Source: Okeania sp.
Lineage (GTDB): Bacteria > Cyanobacteriota > Cyanobacteriia > Cyanobacteriales > Microcoleaceae
Assembly (NCBI RefSeq): GCF_035285525.1
Contig: NZ_JAYKGW010000194.1
Span: 1 to 14,500, forward strand
Direction of reading: 5' to 3'
DNA: 14,500 nucleotides
This document shows, in pieces, positions 7,201-13,841 of the stretch. A model generated the notes under the pieces. That model did no database searches. It was given only the letters and a program-made list of their open reading frames with translations, and was not told where the DNA came from. The position numbers were made by a program, and so were the translations under genes. Every line of letters starts with the position of its first letter. Within the stretch, counting starts at the first letter, position 1.

Positions 7201-8388
7201 GTTAGCCACATTTGAACCATTGAGTTCAGTTATATCAATGGAAACTAGGTCAAATGCTTGATTGTCTGTGGCACTCAAACGGGTGATACCATTAACAGTG
7301 TTATTAAATAGTGCTGTAGACCCAGAAAAACGTCGTTCTAAAGTGCCAAAGGCTGCAAATGGATAGGGTTGGCTCAAATTATTTAGAGCAAAACCATCTT
7401 CTTCATAGTTAAAGCCATGGTTTTGGTAACCACTATCCTCATTTTTCAGGGATTCAAAATCAATAACAACGGTTTCCCCAAAGCCTGGGTATGTTTGCTC
7501 CCACCCCTCTTCCAAAACTTCAGCAATAGTATAAGCTCCGGCGATTAAATCCTCAAAGGTGTAGGAACCATCTTCAGCGGTGACAGTGGATGTTTCTCCT
7601 GCGTCCAGTTGGCCGTTATTATTCTCATCTATATATATAGTCCAACCTGCTAATCCCTCTTCATTACTGTCCCAGATACCATCGCCATTCAGGTCATTCC
7701 ATTTGTACCCTGATATGGAACCTAAACCTCCAGGTGTATAGACTAAATCATCAATGACAAAATGTGCTCCGCTCCCACCAAGACCAGCATTAGTCCCACC
7801 AGAAGATGAGAATTGGACTTCATCGACATTAACAAAATTGAAATCAAATAGAGTAGGGCTGTAGGGATCCACAGTAACAGTCTCGGAATACAACTGATTC
7901 CCATCATTCAAACCTTTGACTTCAATGTTCAGACCCTCATTCCAAGCTGCAGTCAAATAGGCACTGTCGAATGTAAAGTCTTCTTCTGAAGTAATGCTTA
8001 CTGGATTCGCCCAACTATTAAACCCAGAATAGAGTGGAGAAACATTCCCATTTTCATAGCCATCCCCTGAACGACTATCTCTGTTTATAACTGCCCAATC
8101 ATTACTCCAGAAAAAATCTCCAATTTGTTGATCTCCAAATATGGTGTCAGTAGAAGTATTTGAAATGTCATCAAAATCAAATACTATCTGTCCCTCAACA
8201 AGTTCAAGTGGCTCTATTTCAATATCAATTGGAGTATTATCAGCGACGGGATTTTGATTTTCCCCATTTACACCAGTACCAGTAGGATCTTCCAATAACC
8301 CTAATGCCTCTTCATTATTGTCCTCCAAGTCCTCATCCAAAGGAGTTTGTGAAGCAACTAAATCTGCGGTTTCTTCTATTTTATCCAT
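4255..8388 (-). CDS. Giant acidic multidomain subtilisin-like serine peptidase (MEROPS S8 fold), 1377 aa
   Basis: The ORF is uninterrupted for 4.1 kb, with an ATG at 8388 preceded by AGGA 11 nt upstream. S8 catalytic motifs: VGVIDTGID (Asp680, nt 6349-6351), HSHGTHVAGTIGA (His735), AAAGND (Asn827), GTSMATPHVAG (Ser896). An I9-like prodomain signature lies upstream (EVIVKL...YIEPNYIITV). There are two SdrD-B-like Ca-binding repeats (GYKWNDLNGDG.WD..E.GL.GWTIYIDEN.NG.LD.GE.STVT...G.Y.F..L..G.Y.(I/V)AEV; aa 224-300 and 992-1069). A beta-sandwich ending GWYIDDVTV spans aa ~1075-1245, and two FG-GAP/VCBS-like repeats sit at the C-terminus. Confidence 0.92.
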   Translation of the reverse strand: MDKIEETADLVASQTPLDEDLEDNNEEALGLLEDPTGTGVNGENQNPVADNTPIDIEIEPLELVEGQIVFDFDDISNTSTDTIFGDQQIGDFFWSNDWAVINRDSRSGDGYENGNVSPLYSGFNSWANPVSITSEEDFTFDSAYLTAAWNEGLNIEVKGLNDGNQLYSETVTVDPYSPTLFDFNFVNVDEVQFSSSGGTNAGLGGSGAHFVIDDLVYTPGGLGSISGYKWNDLNGDGIWDSNEEGLAGWTIYIDENNNGQLDAGETSTVTAEDGSYTFEDLIAGAYTIAEVLEEGWEQTYPGFGETVVIDFESLKNEDSGYQNHGFNYEEDGFALNNLSQPYPFAAFGTLERRFSGSTALFNNTVNGITRLSATDNQAFDLVSIDITELNGSNVANVTFVGELEGGGTVTQTFTLDGNAFDPETFVFNDDFNQVVAVEWLQESPYHQFDNITIETGNQGSSMVEGGTTPLPSESVDTSEPNNQATDAAAIVEEDSVRSSSSTEDAEIYGPFVSSGATVEEDSVRSSSSVDSLEASQSDTETTEENPGSEIPLEAVFASGEVIVKLSEGYEISALSSLQESLGATTIKTTKSEELDIQLWSISGAVEEFISNNQNNSAFEYIEPNYIITVDSTVPNDPSFSQLWGLHNTGQTGGTSDADIDTPEAWDIQTGSENVLVGVIDTGIDYTHPDLVDNMWTNPGEIPDNGVDDDNNGYVDDVYGYDFAYDDGDPLDIHSHGTHVAGTIGAKGDDGTGIVGVNWNADLMAIKFLNDGGSGDLFDAVLAVEYATMMGADLTNNSWGGGGFSQGLHDMIAAAGAADSLFVAAAGNDYGRNNDTNPQYPASYDLDNIIAVASTDHNDNLSSFSNIGAKSVDLGAPGSNIYSSIPGGGYASYSGTSMATPHVAGVAALVWSENPELSSQEVKEIILESGDPISALDGKTLTGRRLNAFNAISEVGEPGEPGEPGGLGTHTVELEVGENVTDINFGNREISGFISGYKWNDLDGNSEWDDNEVGLEGWTIYIDENENGELDEGENSTVTDAEGYYEFDGLEIGTYRVAEVMQDGWKQTYPSKQVEVIFEADFSDNENPNLDGFTVDNTGAPTEGLWHLSTRRGGENGHSGVDSMYYGVEETGNYDAGYTAGRIISPVIDLSELDSAQLSFNYFLETEGLGSEYDVAKVLVSVDGGDFVPIASNAEELKDPTTGWTNAEFDLSSYVGQQIEISFEFDTGDRALNEFEGWYIDDVTVTSSEDDPFHTVEVVNGENIGEINFGNLSLKTESVRFDFNADGVADILWRNENGRNAIWMMNENGTRNSSVNPGSVPTVWDVVGVDDFNADGVADILWRNENGSNAIWMMNENGTRNSSVNPGSVPTVWDVAGM
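4258..4545. repeat. In-gene tandem duplication (147-nt period, ~96% identical) encoding the two C-terminal FG-GAP/VCBS-like repeats
   Basis: FNADGVADILWRNENG(R/S)NAIWMMNENGTRNSSVNPGSVPTVWDV occurs twice (F1282 and F1331). There are about 5 nt differences in ~140 nt. Confidence 0.9.
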
Positions 8389-8548
8389 AATAGTATCATC
8401 CTATGATCGCTACTTTGTTGACACCAATTTCATCCAGCTATTGCTACAAATCTTTACATCAAGTAAAATAAAATATGTGTAGGTTTTACTGTCAGGATTT
8501 TAATGTCTACGATAAACAATCATAATTGATTGTAATATGTTTTGCATA

Positions 8549-8577
8549 GGGGGGTGACACCCCTTATTTTGTTTTTT
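8549..8577 (+). terminator. Orphan intrinsic-terminator-like hairpin plus T-tract on the + strand
   Basis: GGGGGGT-GAC-ACCCCTT (5 G-C/A-T pairs plus 2 G.T) is directly followed by TTATTTTGTTTTTT. No + strand CDS lies upstream. Confidence 0.3.
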
Positions 8578-8811
8578 ACCCATCTGAATTATTTAGGAGC
8601 GATCGCATGGCCTTTTTTCTAGAAAAAACTGCATAGTTTTTCACCCTAAAAACTGATATATATTAATTGGGTGTAATAACATCACATCAAAAAAATTCCA
8701 GGTTCTTAGGCCAAATGTGGGTTTTAGATGTATCGTCCAATATAAAAACAGAAATTTATATCATACTTTCTTTTTTTGTCAAATTAAGGTAGAGAATAAT
8801 TGTATCTAACC

Positions 8812-8906
8812 GTAGGTTGGGTTGTTCCCGTTAGGGTTGCGTAGCATGGAACTGAAACCAAATAAACCTTTGCTATTGTTGGGTTTCGTTCCTCAACCCA
8901 ACCTAC
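8812..8906. repeat. 95-bp palindrome-ended element (12-bp perfect TIR GTAGGTTGGGTT / AACCCAACCTAC)
   Basis: The TIRs were read directly. It is related to 3343-3461 in its interior and to 2281-2311 at its termini. It lies downstream of recF. Confidence 0.75.
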
Positions 8907-8930
8907 ATTGTTCTACATTTTTCTCCCTCT

Positions 8931-8970
8931 TCCCTACTCCCTACTCCCTACTCCCTACTCCCTATTCCCT
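8931..8970. repeat. Heptamer (STRR-like) array, TCCCTAC x4, then TCCCTAT and a partial unit
   Basis: Perfect 7-nt periodicity read directly. The array runs into the recF stop codon (8969-8971). Confidence 0.9.
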
Positions 8971-10141
8971 AAAAATCAAAAAAATAACTAATCTCTCCTG
9001 AATGTACGGACAGAATTTGAGTATCCTGCAACCACTGACCATCAAAACACCCCAAATGAGTAGTAGTAATCAATGTTTGAAAGCGATCGCTAATCACCTC
9101 TAACAATTGATTTTGTCGATGCAAGTCTAATTCTGCTAAAACATCATCCAATAATAATAATGGCGGTTCCTCCACCACCTGTTCAATAAGTTGCAACTCT
9201 GCTAACTTCAAAGCTAAAACCAAAGTCCGCTGTTGTCCCTGGGAACCATATTGTCGTGCGGGAGTATCATTAATAGTAAAAGTTACATCATCCCGATGGG
9301 GACCAACTACCGTAGTTCCTTGATATTGTTCAGCGATCGCTCGTGCTTTAATTTTCTCTAAAAAAGCTTGACGTACTCCCTCCAAACTATCTTGTATAAT
9401 TAACTCTTTACTATCAACCGTTACATTTGCCAAATATTCCATCTGCAAAACTTCTTTACTACCACTAATAGCACGATGCCATTCACTTGCTAAGGGTGCT
9501 AACCTCTTTAAAACCCGTTCTCGTCGCCGAATCACTCGCGCTCCAGTAGTTGCCAACTGAGCATCCCACAAAGCTAACTCTTGAGCAGGAATAGAATACA
9601 ACGAACCCACACTTTCTGCTGCGATATTTTGCTGACGAATTTTCTTTAACAAAGCATTACGCTGACGAAGAACTTGATTATATTGTTGGAGAATGTGAGC
9701 ATATACAGGTTCCAGTTGCACCAAAAGTCGATCTAACCACTGACGACGAAATTCTGGTCCACCTCTAACTAAGTCTAAATCTAGACTAGAAAACTGCACT
9801 ACATTGAGAATGCTTAAAAAATCTAAATGGCGACGTAAATTTTCACTATTGACTACTACAGTACGTCTACCTTGACTCCGCAAAGTCAGAGTCAGGTCAA
9901 TATTTCCTACTTGTCTTTCTAAAGTTCCTTGGATTTGACCTGCTGTTTTCCCATCTAAGATTAAGTCGCGATCGCGAATCGCTCGGTGAGATTTGAGAGT
10001 AGAAAGTAATTCTACAGATTCTAGGAGATTAGATTTACCTTGAGCATTATCTCCCACCAAAATTGTTTTGGCAGCATTAAATTTAACTTGTTGGTCTCGA
10101 TAGTTCCGAAACTGTCGTAAATGTAAATGTCTCAGGTACAT
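8969..10141 (-). CDS. recF: DNA replication and repair protein RecF (390 aa)
   Basis: MYLRHLHLRQFRNY start, Walker A GDNAQGKSNLLE, ABC/SMC signature YGSQGQQRTLVLALKLAE, Walker B LLLLDDVLAELD. The ORF-track N-terminal 42 aa (…SLSSPSSLSSPSSPSSPSS) are translated CT-rich repeat, so I place the start at the ATG at 10139-10141. Confidence 0.93.
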   Translation of the reverse strand: MYLRHLHLRQFRNYRDQQVKFNAAKTILVGDNAQGKSNLLESVELLSTLKSHRAIRDRDLILDGKTAGQIQGTLERQVGNIDLTLTLRSQGRRTVVVNSENLRRHLDFLSILNVVQFSSLDLDLVRGGPEFRRQWLDRLLVQLEPVYAHILQQYNQVLRQRNALLKKIRQQNIAAESVGSLYSIPAQELALWDAQLATTGARVIRRRERVLKRLAPLASEWHRAISGSKEVLQMEYLANVTVDSKELIIQDSLEGVRQAFLEKIKARAIAEQYQGTTVVGPHRDDVTFTINDTPARQYGSQGQQRTLVLALKLAELQLIEQVVEEPPLLLLDDVLAELDLHRQNQLLEVISDRFQTLITTTHLGCFDGQWLQDTQILSVHSGEISYFFDF

Positions 10142-10145
10142 ATTG

Positions 10146-10221
10146 AAGGAAGAGGGGGAGGATGGGGAAGAGGGGGAAGACAAGGAAGAGGGGGAGGACA
10201 AGGAAGGGGGGAGGAGGAGGG
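10146..10221. repeat. Purine-rich (GGAAGAGGGGGAGGA-type) low-complexity tract immediately 5' of the recF start
   Basis: About 75 nt that are almost exclusively G/A on the + strand, with internal reiteration of GGAAGAGGGGGA(A/G)GA. It is CT-rich on the recF coding strand. Confidence 0.85.
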
Positions 10222-10445
10222 AGTAATGCCAATTATCAAAAGTATTGCTATACTTGGAAACTGGCAAAATTTCTTTTGTCCATAACCGAAGTTACCAGAT
10301 ATCAAGAATTTGCTCAAATAAATAGTATTTATAAATATAAAATCCAAATATAGCAAAGTTTATGGTAATTGGTATAAGAATTCTGTCTACATTCCTCACT
10401 GATAGTGTATTGAATTAGACACTTTTTTGATAACTGTAGACAGTA

Positions 10446-10520
10446 TTCTTCTTCCCCCTCCTCCCCATCTTCCGCACCTTCCCCATCTCCCCCTTTCAAA
10501 GGGGGGTAGGGGGGATTTCT
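10446..10520. repeat. Pyrimidine-rich tract (inverted counterpart of 10146-10221) ending in the palindrome CCCCCTTTCAAAGGGGGG
   Basis: The reverse complement of CTTCCCCCTCCTCCCCATCTTCC resembles the GGAAGAGGGGGAGGATGGGGAAG units at 10146-10221. It lies directly 3' of the 416-aa CDS on the minus strand. Confidence 0.8.
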
Positions 10521-10525
10521 TCTAC

Positions 10526-10816
10526 TCAACTCAACTGTACAACAACCTGCTCATTTAATAAGGTTTCATTTGTCAATAAATCTTCTACTGTTATTCTCAG
10601 AAACCTAGACTCATCTACCCTAAATAAAACTTTAATTTGATCGCTTCCTGGATTTCCGGGAGGATTCAACTGAGCAATACTACGACCTCCTTCTCGATTG
10701 TTTAAAGGTTGTACTGAAGTTTGTTCTCCAGATATTTTCCGAGTAATTAAGCGATCGCCATTAAAGTAAATTTCTGTACCCTCAGATTCAACTCCTAATT
10801 CTGCTAAAATTAACTC
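10526..10816. repeat. 291-bp duplicated 3' coding module, copy A (pairs with 12249-12539)
   Basis: About 10 substitutions over 291 nt. Similarity ends abruptly at about 10820. Confidence 0.92.
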
Positions 10817-11776
10817 TAAACTATGCTTAAGTTTGAGCAATTTTTTCTGTCTACTTATTAGCGGGAAATCTATCGTATTTGTTTCAAATTTTATTTGCTT
10901 CAATTTGTCTTTAATCTCTTCTAACTTAGATTGCCATTCTCTAAGTTTGATTAATCTGCTTTCCCATTCTTGGGTTTGTAATGATTGTACCGTTTTTATT
11001 CCCATTTTATCTTGCTCTGAGCTAATCAATTGCAACTTATTCCCATATAATTTCCATGTATGATAATTATTTATAAAATGAGCATCGTTGTCCTTTGGTA
11101 AATGAAACTCTTTTTTTAAGATTCCTGTTTCTCGATCTAGAGTTTCTTGAAGAAAGTCACCATAAGCTAGATTATTTTTTTGACAAAAAATATTTAATAT
11201 TTTATTAAATAAAATACTTCTATTTGTTCTTTCATATATATCAGGTAGATGATTGAATAAATGTGTTTTTAGTTCTTTAACTTTCTCTTTATCTTGAATT
11301 GCACGAGTTATTCTTTTATGTGTTGTTTTAAGTACATAGTTCTGATTAAAAATAGATGGTAAATTAATACCCAAAATATAAATTCGACTTTTTTCTAAGG
11401 CTAAACTGTTAATAAAATCAAAATACATTGAGATTACTTTCTCAGCAAAATCAATAAACTTTATATTTTCTTGCTTAACAACCAACCTGTAATAATATCC
11501 TAGATCGACATCTACTTGACCAAACTTTAAAATTAGTAAATCTAAATCTGGATACTCATAAATTTTTTGTCTGATTTGATCGGCAACCTTTAAGGTAGAT
11601 TCTCTCTTACCAAAACCTGTCATTGAAGCTGCCGGTATTTTATGTAAATGAATTTCTATGTCTTTGTGGCTTTGGCGACGACCAAAAAATTGAGAATGGG
11701 AGTCTCCAAAGATAATATATTTTTTATTTCTATTTAGGTTTTCTCCAGAACTAGGTATTAAACGATAATTCAACAT
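10526..11776 (-). CDS. Chimeric 416-aa protein: AT-rich N-terminal hydrolase-like region (GDSH motif; SGNH/GDSL-like assignment is tentative), a K/E/L-rich predicted coiled coil, and a C-terminal 96 aa copied from the Hsp70 SBD-beta
   Basis: An intact ORF with an ATG at 11776. The N-proximal YIIFGDSHSQFFG resembles SGNH block I, but the later blocks are not convincingly canonical. The heptad-like stretch is QEWESRLIKLREWQSKLEEIKDKLKQIK. The last 96 aa are 90/96 identical to the C-terminus of the 12249-13841 product. Confidence 0.7.
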   Translation of the reverse strand: MLNYRLIPSSGENLNRNKKYIIFGDSHSQFFGRRQSHKDIEIHLHKIPAASMTGFGKRESTLKVADQIRQKIYEYPDLDLLILKFGQVDVDLGYYYRLVVKQENIKFIDFAEKVISMYFDFINSLALEKSRIYILGINLPSIFNQNYVLKTTHKRITRAIQDKEKVKELKTHLFNHLPDIYERTNRSILFNKILNIFCQKNNLAYGDFLQETLDRETGILKKEFHLPKDNDAHFINNYHTWKLYGNKLQLISSEQDKMGIKTVQSLQTQEWESRLIKLREWQSKLEEIKDKLKQIKFETNTIDFPLISRQKKLLKLKHSLELILAELGVESEGTEIYFNGDRLITRKISGEQTSVQPLNNREGGRSIAQLNPPGNPGSDQIKVLFRVDESRFLRITVEDLLTNETLLNEQVVVQLS

Positions 11777-11798
11777 ACTGATACCATCAATAAATTTG

Positions 11799-12226
11799 CT
11801 AACTTAACTGTACAACAACCTGCTCATTTAATAAAGTTTTATTTGTTAATAAATCCTCCATTAAAGCTCCCCTTACTTTATATAAGTTTCTATATCTTTG
11901 TGGCTTTGGCGAGCCAAAAATTTAGAATTGGAGTCTCCAAAGATCACATATTTTTTATTTCTATTTAGGTTTTCCCCAGAACTAGATAATAAAGGATAAT
12001 TAAGGATAATTAGGGTTTGCTGATTTCTCGGGAACCGTAAAAGTCTTTTTCAGGAGATGGGTTGATGGGAAGGTGGGGAGTAATTTCTTGGCCCAACTCT
12101 CGCCCAAAATTCGCTCCTTTTTCAGTATGAGTAGCTCAAACCAGCGCACTTTTTTACACCATAAAAATTTTCAAGTCTTTACTGATCAAGGTTTTTATAT
12201 TTACTCAACAAACCCTAATGAAACAT
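11799..12226 (-). pseudogene. Decayed, internally deleted and MITE-disrupted copy of the 416-aa gene type
   Basis: It has the same 22-nt junction and ATG after the Hsp70-like stop (ATG 12224-12226). Homology to codons ~3-52 of the 416-aa gene is retained (about 11860-12009, with frame disruption). That segment is joined directly to the last ~60 nt of the shared tail (11799-11858), which has an internal TAA. The central ~345 codons are missing. Confidence 0.8.
12010..12218. mobile_element. 209-bp MITE-like insertion with 14-bp TIRs (TTAGGGTTTGCTGA / TTAGGGTTTGTTGA in reverse complement)
   Basis: The TIRs match at 13/14. The element interrupts the pseudogene between ATGTT and AATTATCC, which are contiguous (ATGTTGAATTATCG) in the intact paralogue. 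Confidence 0.7.
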
Positions 12227-12248
12227 ACTGATGCCATCAATAAATTTG

Positions 12249-12539
12249 CTAACTTAACTGTACAACAACCTGCTCATTTAACAAGGTTTCATTTGTCAAT
12301 AAATCTTCTACTGTTATTCTCAGAAACCTAGACTCATCTACCCTAAATAAAACTTTAATTCGATCGCTTCCTGGATTTCCGGGAGGATTCAACTGAGCAA
12401 TACTACGACCTCCTTCTCGATCGTTTAAAGGTTGTACTGAAGTTTGTTCTCCAGATATTTTCCGAGTAATTAAGCGATCGCCATCAAAGTAAACTTCTGT
12501 ACCTCCAGATTCAACTCCTAATTCTCCTAAGATTAATTC
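12249..12539. repeat. 291-bp duplicated 3' coding module, copy B (pairs with 10526-10816)
   Basis: See copy A. A third, truncated copy of the last ~60 nt is at 11799-11858. Confidence 0.92.
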
Positions 12540-13841
12540 TATACTTGTTTGACTATTTACGGAAGCACCTAAAACTAATTCTACAGGATTAGTCATGGGA
12601 TATGGTTGACCAGATTTTATTAAGGGATGCCAACTATGAGCATTTTTCTTTCTATCCCAATACCGAATACCATAACTGTGATACAAAAAGTCTTTAATTT
12701 CTACTCCTTGAGTTAATTGTAAGGCTCCTTGAGAAATTGCTTCAAAAGGTTTTTCACAACGAATTTTTTTTTCATCAAAATATTCTTTTACCCACCTCTG
12801 CAATGCGGGGATTTGAACTGTTCCTCCTACTAATAAAACTGCATCAATTTCTGATAGTTCTATTCCTTGTCTTTTGGCTTGTTGTAAAACCCGATTCATG
12901 GAATTATCAAGACTGGTAAAAAATCCATTTTCTTTGAGAATTTCTTCAAAGTTATTTCGCTCTAATTCTAATTCATAACTTTCTAAATTTTCATCATCAA
13001 AAAAAACTTCTGTTGCTTGTTGTTGCCAAGACAATTGAATCTTTAATTTTTCTGCCAAACGAGTTGTTAAAGGAGTCTTTTCAATACCTTGATTTTTCAC
13101 AAAATAATCCACTAACCAATTATCAATATCCGAACCTCCTAAATTCTGTCCTGCCTTGGCTAAAACTCTGGCAATTTTTGGCTTTTGATTTGAACTTTTA
13201 CCAAAGGATTTTTCACCCCATTTCAGAATAAAACCTAAAGGTTGTTTTTGCACCGAATTATCTAACCTTACTAAAGATAAATCTAAAGTTCCTCCACCAA
13301 AATCAACTACTAATAAAATTTCTGCATCTTTCATTCCATAACCTAAAGCTGCGGCAGTAGGTTCATCAATCATTTGTACTTGGGGAACTTCTAAAGACTG
13401 AGAAACTTCTCCTAACCAATTACGATAAGTTTCAAAACTATCAACTGGAACCGTAAAAATTAAAGATTCTACTGGCAAAGGAACATTTCTAATACCAGCG
13501 ACAACTTGTTCTAAAAATAATTTTCCTACTTGTTCAAAAGAAATAATTTGACTGTCTATTTCTGGTAAAAATCCTTGAATATTTGTACCAATACCTCTTT
13601 TAAAATTACGAAAAAATCGAGAATCTGTATTAACATCGAAACCTTTATCTCTAACTTGTTGACCTATTATTGCTTTATTTTCAGCAGCATTTTCTACATA
13701 AACTAAGCTAGGTATTAGAGGTGGATTTTGCCCAGAAATAATTGATAAGTTTGGTAATTTAATAGTTTCTGGTTGTTGAGTTGTTTGATTCCAACGGGAA
13801 ATTACGGTGTTACTGGTTCCGAAGTCTATAGCTATAGTCAT
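12249..13841 (-). CDS. Short, lidless Hsp70/DnaK-family ATPase (530 aa)
   Basis: Actin-fold ATPase motifs: AIDFGTSNT (phosphate 1), VVDFGGGTLDLSLV (phosphate 2), LLVGGTVQIPALQ (adenosine). A DnaK-like interdomain linker IKDFLYHSYGI follows, then an SBD-beta-like end (IKVLFRVDESRFLRITVEDLLTNE, compare DnaK IEVTFDIDANGIL.V.A.D..TG.E). There is no alpha-helical lid. ATG at 13841. Confidence 0.88.
   Translation of the reverse strand: MTIAIDFGTSNTVISRWNQTTQQPETIKLPNLSIISGQNPPLIPSLVYVENAAENKAIIGQQVRDKGFDVNTDSRFFRNFKRGIGTNIQGFLPEIDSQIISFEQVGKLFLEQVVAGIRNVPLPVESLIFTVPVDSFETYRNWLGEVSQSLEVPQVQMIDEPTAAALGYGMKDAEILLVVDFGGGTLDLSLVRLDNSVQKQPLGFILKWGEKSFGKSSNQKPKIARVLAKAGQNLGGSDIDNWLVDYFVKNQGIEKTPLTTRLAEKLKIQLSWQQQATEVFFDDENLESYELELERNNFEEILKENGFFTSLDNSMNRVLQQAKRQGIELSEIDAVLLVGGTVQIPALQRWVKEYFDEKKIRCEKPFEAISQGALQLTQGVEIKDFLYHSYGIRYWDRKKNAHSWHPLIKSGQPYPMTNPVELVLGASVNSQTSIELILGELGVESGGTEVYFDGDRLITRKISGEQTSVQPLNDREGGRSIAQLNPPGNPGSDRIKVLFRVDESRFLRITVEDLLTNETLLNEQVVVQLS

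Noticed and set aside
8969-10141. recF context as an anomaly (not next to dnaN or gyrB)
   Set aside because: The dnaA-dnaN-recF-gyrB cluster is generally not conserved in cyanobacteria, so the isolated recF is unremarkable.
10142-10267. N-terminal 42-aa extension of RecF in the ORF track (…SLSSPSSLSSPSSPSSPSS…)
   Set aside because: It is a translation of the CT-rich low-complexity tract. The conserved RecF N-terminus MYLRHLHLRQFRNY begins at the ATG at 10141.
10132-10529. ORFs 10132..10356(-), 10162..10353(+) and 10329..10529(-)
   Set aside because: They are open only because of the GA/CT low-complexity tracts and the AT-rich spacer. The products are repeat-like (PLP/GEG strings) and have no start context.
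10526-12539. Diversity-generating retroelement (template/variable repeat pair) as an explanation for the duplicated 3' modules
   Set aside because: There is no reverse transcriptase in the window. The differences are few, spread over the module and include synonymous changes. The pattern fits ordinary duplication or gene conversion better.
10833-13231. ORFs 10833..11063(+), 12737..12919(+) and 13013..13231(+)
   Set aside because: They are antisense shadows within AT-rich genuine CDS. The products are hydrophobic or low-complexity with no motifs.
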